Below the pieces are notes generated by a model. That model was not told the DNA's origin. It did no database searches and worked only from the letters and a program-made list of their open reading frames with translations. Below, in pieces: positions 52,201 to 64,000 of a stretch of 64,000 nucleotides of DNA. A program made the translations under genes and the position numbers. This stretch comes from Eledone cirrhosa (lineage: Eukaryota): positions 4,650,001-4,714,000 of the forward strand of contig OZ024741.1 in the NCBI GenBank assembly GCA_964016885.1. Direction: 5' to 3'. The stretch's first letter is position 1. Every line of letters starts with the position of its first letter.

Positions 52201-55200
52201 ACTGTGACTGTAGTTATACTGTAGCTGTAGTTATATTGTGACTGTAGTTATACTGTAGCTGTAGTTATACTGCAACTGTAGTTATACTGCAACTGTAGTT
52301 ATACTGTAACTGTAGTTCTACCGTAGCTGTAGTTATACTGTCACTGTAGCTGTAGTTATATTGTAGCTGTAGTTATACTGTAACTGTAGTTATACTGTAA
52401 CTGTAGTTATACTGTAACTGTACTTATACTGCAACTGTAGTTCTACTATAGCTGTAGTTATACTGTAGCTGTAGTTTTACTGTAATTGTAGTTATACTGT
52501 AGCTGTAGTTATACTGTGACTGTAATTATACTGTGACTGTTGTTATACTGTGACTTTAGTTATACTGTCACTGTAGTTATACTGGCACTATAGTTATACT
52601 GTGACTGTAGTTATACTGTAACTGTGACTAGTTATACTGTAACTGTAGTTATGCTGTCACTATAGTTATGCTGTAACTGTAGTTATACTTCAACTGTAGT
52701 TATACTGTAGCTGTAGTTATACTGCAGCTGTAGTTATACTGTAACTGTAGTTATACTGCAACTGTAGTTATACTGCAACTGTAGTTATACTGCAACTGTA
52801 GTTATACTGTAACTGTAGTTATACTGTAACTAGTTATACTGCAACTGTAGTTATACTGTAACTGTAGTTATACTGTAGCTGTAATTATACTGTGACACTA
52901 GTTATACTTTAACTGTAGATATCCTGTAGCTGTAGTTGTACTGTGACTCTAGTTATACTGTACCTGTAGATATACTCTAGATGTAGTTATACTGTGACTG
53001 TAGTTATACTGTGACGGTAGTTATACTGTAGCTGTAGTTATACTGTCACTGTAGTTATACTGTCACTATAGTTATACTGTATCTGTAGTTATACTGCAAC
53101 TGTAGTTATACTGTAACTGTAGTTATACTGTAGCTGTCGTTATGCTGTAGCTATACTGTCACTGTAGTTATACTGTCACTATAGTAATACTGTAGCTGTA
53201 GTTATACTTTAACTGTAGATATAGTGTCACTGTAGCTATACTGTAGCTGTAGTTATACTGTGACTCTATTTATGCTGTAACTGTAGTTATACTGTAGCTG
53301 TAATTATAATGTAGCTGTAGTTATACTGTAACTGTAGATATACTGTAACTGTAGTTATACTGTAACTGTAGTTATACTGTGACTGTTGTTATACTGTAAC
53401 TGTAGTTATATTTTAACTGTAGATATCCTTTGACTGTAGGTATACTGTAGCTGTAGTTATAGTTTAACTGTAGATATACTGTGTCTGGACTTATTCTGTG
53501 ACTGTAGTTATACTGTAACTGTAGTTATACTGTAACTGTAGTTATACTGTCACTGTAGCTGTAGTTATACTGTAGCTGTAGTAATACTTTAACTGTAGTT
53601 ATACTTCAACTGTAGTTATACTGCAACTGTAGTTATACTCTAACTGTAGCTATACTGTGACTAGTTATACTTTAACTGTAGTTATACTGTGACTGTAAGT
53701 ATACTGTTGCTGTAGTTATACTGTGACTGTAGTTATACTGTAACTGTAGATATACTGTGTCTGTAGTTATACTGTGACTGTAGTTATACTGTAACTAGTT
53801 ATACTATGACTGTAGTTATACTCTCACTGTAGTTATACTGTCACAGTATAATTACAGTTACAGTATATCTACAGTAACTGTAGTTAAACTGTGACTGTAG
53901 TTATACTGTAACTGTAGATATACTGTAACTAGTTAAACTGTGACTGTAGTTATACTGTAACTGTAGTTATATTGTAACTGTAGTTAAACTGTAACTGTAG
54001 TTATACTGTGACTGTAGTTATACTGTGACTAGTTAAACTGTAACTGTAGTTATACTGTAACTGTTGTTATACTGTAGCTGTAGTTAAACCATAACTGTAG
54101 GTATACTGTGACTAGTTATACTCTAGCTGTAGTTATACTGTCACTGTAGTTATACTGTAACTGCAGTTAAACTGTAACTGCAGTTATACTGTAAATGTAG
54201 TTATACTGTAGCTATAGTTATACCGTAACTGTAGTTATACTGTAACTGTAGTTATACTGTGACTGTAGTTATACTGTAACTGCAGTTATACTGTAACTGT
54301 AGTTATACTCTAGCTGTAGTTATACTGGAGCTGTAGTTATACTGTGACTGTAGTTATACTGTAACTGTAGTTATACTGTAGCTGTAGTTATACTGTGACT
54401 GTAGTTATACTGTAACTGTAGTTATACTGTGACTGTAGTTATACTGTAACTGTAGTTATACTGTAACTGTAGTTATACTGTGACTTTAGTTATACTGTAG
54501 CTGTAGTTATACTGTGACTGTAGTTATACTTTAACTGCAGTTATACTGTAATTGTAGTTATACTGTAAATGTAGTTATACTGTAACTGTAGTTATACTGT
54601 GACTGTAGTTATAGTGTAACTGTTGTTATACTGTAACTAGTTATACTGTACTGTAGTTATACTTTACCTGCAGTTATACTGTAGCTGTAGTTATACTGTG
54701 ACTGTTGTTATACTGTAACTAGTTATACTGTAGCTGTAGTTATACTGTGACTGTTGTTATACTGTAACTAGTTATACTGTAGCTGTAGTTCTACTGTGAC
54801 TGCAGTTATACTGTAACTGTAGTTATACTGTAACTAGTTATACTGTAGCTGTAGTTCTACTGTAGCTGTAGTTATACTGTGACTGTAGTTATACTGTGAC
54901 TGTAGTTATACTGTGACTGTAGTTATACTGTAACTGTAGTTATACTGTGACTAGTTATACTGTGACTGTTATACTGTAGCTGTAGTTATACTGTCACTGT
55001 AGCTATACTGTCACTGTAATTATACTGTCACTATAGTAATACTGTAACTGTAGTTATACTGTAGCTGTAGTTATACTGTAACTAGTTATACTTTAACTGT
55101 AGATATACTGTTGCTGTAGTTATACTGTCACTGTAGCTATACTGTAGCTGTAGTTACACTGCAACTGTAGTTATACTGCAACTGTAGTTATACTGCAACT

Positions 55201-58200
55201 GTAGTTATACTGCAACTGTAGTAATACTGCAACTGTAGTTATACTGCAGCTGTAGTTATACTGTAGCTGTAGTTATACTGTGACTAGTTATACTGTAGCT
55301 GTAGTTATACTTCAACTGTAGTTATACTGTAGATGTAGTTATACTGTGACTGTAGTTATACTGTAGCTGTAGTTATACTGTAACTGTAGTTATACTGCAA
55401 CTGTAGTTATACCGTAACTGTAGTTATACTGCAACTGTAGTTATACTGTAACTGTAGTTATACTGCAACTGTAGTTATACTGTAACTGTAGTTATACTGT
55501 AACTGTAGTTATACTGCAACTGTAGTTATACTGTAACTGTAGTTATACTGCAACTGTAGTTATACTGCAACTGTAGTTATACTGTAACTGTAATTCTATC
55601 GTAACTGTAGTTATACTGTCACTGTAGTTATACTGTCACTGTAGCTATACTGTAACTGTAGTTATACTGCAACTGTACTTATACTGCAACTGTAGTTCTA
55701 CTGTAGCTGTAGTTATACTGTAATTGTAGTTATACTGTAGCTGTAGTTATACTGTAGCTGTAGTTATACTGTAACTGTAGTTATATTGTGACTGTAGTTA
55801 TACTGAGACTGTAATTACACTGTGACTGTTGTTATACTGTTACTGTTGTTATACAGTAACTGTAATTATACTGTGACTGTAGTTATACTGAGACTGTAAT
55901 TATACTGTGACTGTTGTTATACTGTTACTGTTGTTATACAGTAACTGTAGTTATACTGTGATTTTAGTTATACTGTAAATTTAGTTATACTGTAACTGTA
56001 GTTATACTGCAACTGTAGTTATACTGTAGCTATAATCTAGCTGTAGTTATACTTTAACTGTAGATATACTGTGACTGTAGTTATACTGTGTCTGTAGTTA
56101 TACTGTCACTGTAGTTATACTGTAACTGTATTTATACTGTAGCTGTAGTTATACTGTAACTGTAATTATACTGTAGCTATAGTTATACTGTGACTCTAGT
56201 TATACTGTAGCTGTAGTTATACTGTGACTGTAGTTATACTGTAGCTGTAGTTATACTGTGACTGTAGTTATACTGTAGCTTTAGTTATACTGTAACTGTA
56301 GTTATACTGTGACTAGTTATACTGTGACTGTTATACTGTAGCTGTAGTTATACTGTCACTGTAGCTATACTGTCACTGTAGTTATAGTGTCACTGTAATT
56401 ATACTGTCACTATAGTAATACTGTAACTGTAGTTATACTCTAGCTGTAGTTATACTGTAACTAGTTATACTTTAACTGTAGATATACTGTCACTGTAGCT
56501 ATACTGTAGCTGTAGTTATACTGTGACTGTAGTTATACTGCAACTGTAGTTATACTGCAGCTGTAATTATACTGTAGCTGTAGTTATACTGTGACTAGTT
56601 ATACTGTAGCTGTAGTTATACTGTAACTGTAGTTATACTGTGACTGTAGTTATACTGTAGCTGTAGTTATACTGCAACTGTAGTTATACTGCAACTGTAG
56701 TTATACTGTAACTGTAGTTATACTGCAACTGTAGTTATACTGTAACTGTAGTTATACTGTAACTGTAGTTATACTGCAACTGTAGTTATACTGTAACTGT
56801 AGTTATACTGCAACTGTAGTTATACTGCAACTGTAGTTATACTGTAACTGTAATTCTATCGTAGCTGTAGTTATTCTGTAGCTGTTGTTATACTGTCACT
56901 GTAGCTATACTGTAACTGTAGTTATACTGCAGCTGTAGTTATACTGTAGCTGTAGTTATACTGTAGCTGTAGTTTTACTGTAATTGTAGTTATACTGTAG
57001 CTGTAGTTATACTGTAACTGTAGTTATACTGTAACTGTAGTTATATTGTGACTGTAGTTATACTGAGACTGTAATTACACTGTGACTGTTGTTATACTGT
57101 TACTGTTGTTATACAGTAACTGTAATTATACTGTGACTGTAGTTATACTGAGACTGTAATTATACTGTGACTGTTGTTATACTGTTACTGTTGTTATACA
57201 GTAACTGTAATTATACTGTGATTTTAGTTATACTGTAAATTTAGTTATACTGTAACTGTAGTTATACTGTAATTGTAGTTATACTGTAACTGTAGTTATA
57301 CTGCAACTGTAGTTATACTGTAGCTATAATCTAGCTGTAGTTATACTTTAACTGTAGATATACTGTGACTGTAGTTATACTGTCACTGTATTTATACTGT
57401 AACTGTAATTATACTGTAGCTATAGTTATACTGTGACTCTAGTTATACTGTAGCTGTAGTTATACTGTGACTGTAGTTATACTGTAGCTGTACTTATACT
57501 GTGACTGTAGTTATACTGTAGCTGTAGTTATACTGTAGCTGTAGTTATACTGTAACTGTAGTTATACTGTGACTAGTTATACTGTGACTGTTATACTGTA
57601 GCTGTAGTTATACTGTCACTGTAGCTATAGTGTCACTGTAATTATACTGTCACTATAGTAATACTGTAACTGTAGTTATACTGTAGCTGTAGTTATACTG
57701 TAACTAGTTATACTTTAACTGTAGATATACTGTTGCTGTAGTTATACTGTCACTGTAGCTATACTGTGACTGTAGTTATACTGCAACTGTAGTTATACTG
57801 CAACTGTAGTTATACTGCAACTGTAGTTATACTGCAACTGTAGTTATACTAAAGCTGTAGTTATACTGTAGCTGTAGTTATACTGTGACTAGTTATACTG
57901 TAGCTGTAGTTATACTTCAACTGTAGTTATACTGTAACTGTAGTTATACTGTAGATGTAGTTATACTGTGACTGTAGTTATACTGTAGCTGTAGTTATAC
58001 TGTAACTGTAGTTATACTGCAAATGTAGTTATACTGTAACTGTAGTTATACTGCAACTGTAGTTATACTGTAACTGTAGTTATACTGTAACTGTAGTTAT
58101 ACTGTAACTGTAGTTATACTGCAACTGTAGTTATACTGTAACTGTAGTTATACTGCAACTGTAGTTATACTGTAACTGTAGTTATACTGCAACTGTAGTT

Positions 58201-61200
58201 ATACTGTAACTGTAGTTATACTGTAACTGTAGTTATACTGCAACTGTAGTTATACTGTAGCTGTAGTTATACTGTAGCTGTAGTTATACTGTGACTAGTT
58301 ATACTGTAGCTGTAGTTATACTTCAACTGTAGTTATACTGTAACTGTAGTTATACTGTAGATGTAGTTATACTGTGACTGTAGTTATACTGTAGCTGTAG
58401 TTATACTGTAACTGTAGTTATACTGCAACTGTAGTTATACTGTAACTAGTTATACTGCAACTGTAGTTATACTGTAACTGTAGTTATACTGCAACTGTAG
58501 TTATACTGTAACTGTAGTTATACTGTAACTGTAGTTATACTGTAACTGTAGTTATACTGCAACTGTAGTTATACTGTAACTGTAGTTATACTGCAACTGT
58601 AGTTATACTGTAACTGTAGTTATACTGTAACTGTAGTTATACTGCAACTGTAGTTATACTGTAGCTGTAGTTATACTGTGACTGTAGTTATACTGTAACT
58701 GTAGTTATACTGTAGCTGTAGTTATACTTCAACTGTAGTTATACTGCAACTGTAGTTATACTGCAACTGTAGTTATACTGTAACTGTAGTTATTCTGTAA
58801 CTGTAGTTATACTGCAACTGTAGTTATACTGTAACTGTAGTTATACTGTGATTTTAGTTATACTGTAGTTATACTGTAATTGTAGTTATACTGTAACTGT
58901 AGTTATACTGCAACTGTAGTTATACTGTAACTGTAGTTAAACTGTAACTGTAGTCATACTGTAACTGTAGTCATAATGCAACTGTAGTTATACTGTAACT
59001 GTAGTTATACTGTAGCTATAATCTAGCTGTAGTTATACTTTAACTGTAGATATACTGTGACTGTAGTTATACTGTGTCTGTAGTTATACTGTCACTGTAG
59101 TTATACTGTCACTGTATTTATACTGTAGCTGTAGTTATACTGTAACTGTAATTATACTGTAGCTATAGTTATACTGTGACTCTAGTTATACTGTAGCTGT
59201 AGTTATACTGTGACTGTAGTTATACTGTAGCTGTAGTTATACTGTAACTGTAGTTATACTGTAACTGTAATTCTATCGTAACTGTAGTTATACTGTCACT
59301 GTAGTTATACTGTCACTGTAGCTATACTGTAACTGTAGTTATACTGCAACTGTACTTATACTGCAACTGTAGTTCTACTGTAGCTGTAGTTATACTGTAA
59401 TTGTAGTTATACTGTAGCTGTAGTTATACTGTAGCTGTAGTTATACTGTAACTGTAGTTATATTGTGACTGTAGTTATACTGAGACTGTAATTACACTGT
59501 GACTGTTGTTATACTGTTACTGTTGTTATACAGTAACTGTAATTATACTGTGACTGTAGTTATACTGAGACTGTAATTATACTGTGACTGTTGTTATACT
59601 GTTACTGTTGTTATACAGTAACTGTAGTTATACTGTGATTTTAGTTATACTGTAAATTTAGTTATACTGTAACTGTAGTTATACTGTAACTGTAGTTATA
59701 CTGCAACTGTAGTTATACTGTAGCTATAATCTAGCTGTAGTTATACTTTAACTGTAGATATACTGTGACTGTAGTTATACTGTGTCTGTAGTTATACTGT
59801 CACTGTAGTTATACTGTAACTGTATTTATACTGTAGCTGTAGTTATACTGTAACTGTAATTATACTGTAGCTATAGTTATACTGTGACTCTAGTTATACT
59901 GTAGCTGTAGTTATACTGTGACTGTAGTTATACTGTAGCTGTAGTTATACTGTGACTGTAGTTATACTGTAGCTTTAGTTATACTGTAACTGTAGTTATA
60001 CTGTGACTAGTTATACTGTGACTGTTATACTGTAGCTGTAGTTATACTGTCACTGTAGCTATACTGTCACTGTAGTTATAGTGTCACTGTAATTATACTG
60101 TCACTATAGTAATACTGTAACTGTAGTTATACTCTAGCTGTTGTTATACTGTAACTAGTTATACTTTAACTGTAGATATACTGTCACTGTAGCTATACTG
60201 TGACTGTAGTTATACTGCAACTGTAGTTATACTGCAGCTGTAATTATACTGTAGCTGTAGTTATACTGTGACTAGTTATACTGTAGCTGTAGTTATACTG
60301 TAACTGTAGTTATACTGTAGATGTAGTTATACTGTGACTGTAGTTATACTGTAGCTGTAGTTATACTGCAACTGTAGTTATACTGCAACTGTAGTTATAC
60401 TGTAACTGTAGTTATACTGCAACTGTAGTTATACTGTAACTGTAGTTATACTGTAACTGTAGTTATACTGCAACTGTAGTTATACTGTAACTGTAGTTAT
60501 ACTGCAACTGTAGTTATACTGCAACTGTAGTTATACTGTAACTGTAATTCTATCGTAGCTGTAGTTATTCTGTAGCTGTTGTTATACTGTCACTGTAGCT
60601 ATACTGTAACTGTAGTTATACTGCAGCTGTAGTTATACTGTAGCTGTAGTTATACTGTAGCTGTAGTTTTACTGTAATTGTAGTTATACTGTAGCTGTAG
60701 TTATACTGTAACTGTAGTTATACTGTAACTGTAGTTATATTGTGACTGTAGTTATACTGAGACTGTAATTACACTGTGACTGTTGTTATACTGTTACTGT
60801 TGTTATACAGTAACTGTAATTATACTGTGACTGTAGTTATACTGAGACTGTAATTATACTGTGACTGTTGTTATACTGTTACTGTTGTTATACAGTAACT
60901 GTAATTATACTGTGATTTTAGTTATACTGTAAATTTAGTTATACTGTAACTGTAGTTATACTGTAATTGTAGTTATACTGTAACTGTAGTTATACTGCAA
61001 CTGTAGTTATACTGTAGCTATAATCTAGCTGTAGTTATACTTTAACTGTAGATATACTGTGACTGTAGTTATACTGTCACTGTATTTATACTGTAACTGT
61101 AGTTATACTGTAACTGTAATTATACTGTAGCTATAGTTATACTGTGACTCTAGTTATACTGTAGCTGTAGTTATACTGTGACTGTAGTTATACTGTAGCT

Positions 61201-64000
61201 GTACTTATACTGTGACTGTAGTTATACTGTAGCTGTAGTTATACTGTAACTGTAGTTATACTGTGACTAGTTATACTGTGACTGTTATACTGTAGCTGTA
61301 GTTATACTGTCACTGTAGCTATACTGTCACTGTAGTTATAGTGTCACTGTAATTATACTGTCACTATAGTAATACTGTAACTGTAGTTATACTGTAGCTG
61401 TAGTTATACTGTAACTAGTTATACTTTAACTGTAGATATACTGTTGCTGTAGTTATACTGTCACTGTAGCTATACTGTGACTGTAGTTATACTGCAACTG
61501 TAGTTATACTGCAACTGTAGTTATACTGCAACTGTAGTTATACTGCAACTGTAGTTATACTAAAGCTGTAGTTATACTGTAGCTGTAGTTATACTGTGAC
61601 TAGTTATACTGTAGCTGTAGTTATACTTCAACTGTAGTTATACTGTAACTGTAGTTATACTGTAGATGTAGTTATACTGTGACTGTAGTTATACTGTAGC
61701 TGTAGTTATACTGTAACTGTAGTTATACTGCAACTGTAGTTATACTGTAACTGTAGTTATACTGTAACTGTAGTTATACTGTAGATGTAGTTATACTGTG
61801 ACTGTAGTTATACTGTAGCTGTAGTTATACTGTAACTGTAGTTATACTGCAACTGTAGTTATACTGTAACTAGTTATACTGCAACTGTAGTTATACTGTA
61901 ACTGTAGTTATACTGCAACTGTAGTTATACTGTAACTGTAGTTATACTGTAACTGTAGTTATACTGTAACTGTAGTTATACTGCAACTGTAGTTATACTG
62001 TAACTGTAGTTATACTGCAACTGTAGTTATACTGTAACTGTAGTTATACTGTAACTGTAGTTATACTGTAGCTGTAGTTATACTTCAACTGTAGTTATAC
62101 TGTAACTGTAGTTCTACTGTAGCTGTAGTTATACTGTAGCTGTAGTTATACTGTAACTGTAGTTATACTGTAACTGTAGTTATACTGTAGCTGTAGTTAT
62201 ACTGTGACTGTAGTTATACTGTCACTAGCTATACTGTAGCTGTAGTTATATTGTAGCTGTAGTTATACTGTAACTGTAGTTATACTGTAGCTGTAGTTAT
62301 ACTCTAACTGTAGTTATACTGTGACTGTAGTTATACTGTAGCTGTAGTTATACCGTAAATGTAGATATACTGCAACTGTAGTTATACTGTAGCTGTAGTT
62401 ATACTGTGACTAGTTATACAGTAGCTGTAGTTATACTGCAACTGTAGTTATACTGTAACTATAGTTATACTGCAACTGTAGTTATACTGTAACTGTAGTT
62501 ATACTGTAACTGTAGTTATACTGTAACTGTAGTTATACTGTAACTGTAGTTATACTGTAACTGTAGTTATACTGCAACTGTAGTTATACTGTGACTAGTT
62601 ATACTGTAACTGTAGTTATACTTCAACTGTAGTTATACTGTAACTAGTTATACTGTGACTGTATTATACTGTAGCTGTAGTTATACTGCAACTGTAGTTA
62701 TACTGCAACTGTAGTTATACTGTAACTGTAGTTATACTGCAACTGTAGTTATACTGCAACTGTAGTTATACTGCAACTGTAGTTATACTGCAACTGTAGT
62801 TATACTGCAACTGTAGTTATACTGCAGCTGTAGTTATACTGTAGCTGTAGTTATACTGTGACTAGTTATACTGTAGCTGAAGTTATACTGCAACTGTAGT
62901 TATACTGTAACTAGTTATACTGCAACTGTAGTTATACTGCAACTGTAGTTATACTGCAACTGTAGTTATACTGCAACTGTACTTATACTGCAACTGTAGT
63001 TATACTGTAGCTGTAGTTATACTGTGACTGTAGTTATACTGTAGCTGTAGTTATACTGCAACTGTAGTTATACTGCAACTGTAGTTATACTGTAACTGTA
63101 GTTCTACCGTAGCTGTAGTTATACTGTAGCTGTAGTTATACTGTCACTGTAGCTATACTGTAGCTGTAGTTATATTGTGACTAGTTATACTTTAACTGTA
63201 GTTATGCTGTAACTGTAGTTATACTTCAACTGTAGTTATACTGTAACTAGTTATACTGTGACTGTATTATACTGTAGCTGTAGCTATACTGTAGCTGTAG
63301 TTATACTGTAACTGTAGTTATACTGTAACTGTAGTTATACTGTAGCTGTAGTTATACTGTGACTGTAGTTATACTGTCACTAGCTATACTGTAGCTGTAG
63401 TTATACTGTAACTGTAGTTATACTGTAGCTGTAGTTATACTCTAACTGTAGTTATACTGTGACTGTAGTTATACCGTGACTGTTGTTATACTGTGACTTT
63501 AGTTATACTATGACTTTAGTTATACTGTAACTGTAGTTATACTGTAACTGTAGTTATACTGTAGCTGTAGTTATACCGTAAATGTAGATATACTGTAGCT
63601 GTAGTTATACTGCAACTGTAGTTATACTGTTGCTGTAGTTATACTGTAGCTGTAGTTATACTGTGACTAGTTATACAGTAGCTGTAGTTATACTGTAGCT
63701 GTAGTTATACTGCAACTGTAGTTATACTGTAACTATAGTTATACTGCAACTGTAGTTATACTGTAACTGTAGTTATACTGTAACTGTGGTTATACTGCAA
63801 CTGTAGTTATACTGTAACTGTAGTCATACTGTAACTGTAGTCATAATGCAACTGTAGTTATACTGTAGCTATACTCTCGCTGTAGTTATACTTTGACTGT
63901 AGATATACTGTGACTGTAGTTATACTGTAGCTGTAGTTATACTGTGTCTGTAGTTATACTGTAACTGTATTTATACTGTAGCTGTAGTTATACTGTGACT
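40240..64000. repeat. 17-bp satellite (CTGTAGTTATACTGTAA/AG/GA/CA, CTGCAA)n, over 23 kb, runs off the 3' edge
   Basis: Unit read directly; kb-scale higher-order structure; short inversions at about 47685-47757 and 53843-53876. Confidence 0.99.

Overview
Repeat-dense eukaryotic (metazoan) DNA; the SINE/LINE complement resembles octopus/cephalopod genomes (inference, not searched). About 36 kb is tandem satellite: 21-bp (1-2605), 48-bp (14916-20440), 19/22-bp (20441-24281) and a 17-bp array (40222 to the window end), which explain nearly all long ORFs in the track as artefacts. Three spliced exons missed by the ORF track (32214-32242, 32992-33069, 39702-39837) encode a Cys-rich plus TM protein of the VOPP1/WBP1 (Shisa-like) type; its frame is still open at the last donor, so the 17-bp satellite appears to be intronic. 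Mobile DNA includes a decayed Tx1/L1 ORF2, several RTE LINE fragments, Deu/Nin-domain and tRNA-derived SINEs, TTAA (piggyBac-type) and hAT MITEs, and a Penelope-like element (RT remnant plus GIY-YIG) with inverted pseudo-LTRs. The most interesting signal is at 24.5-31.5 kb. Both pLTRs carry a type I hammerhead ribozyme motif with an unusually long (101 nt) stem II, and each is hit by SINE insertion in stem I. They are surrounded by several small fold-back elements next to (TA)n that contain partial or degenerate hammerhead cores.
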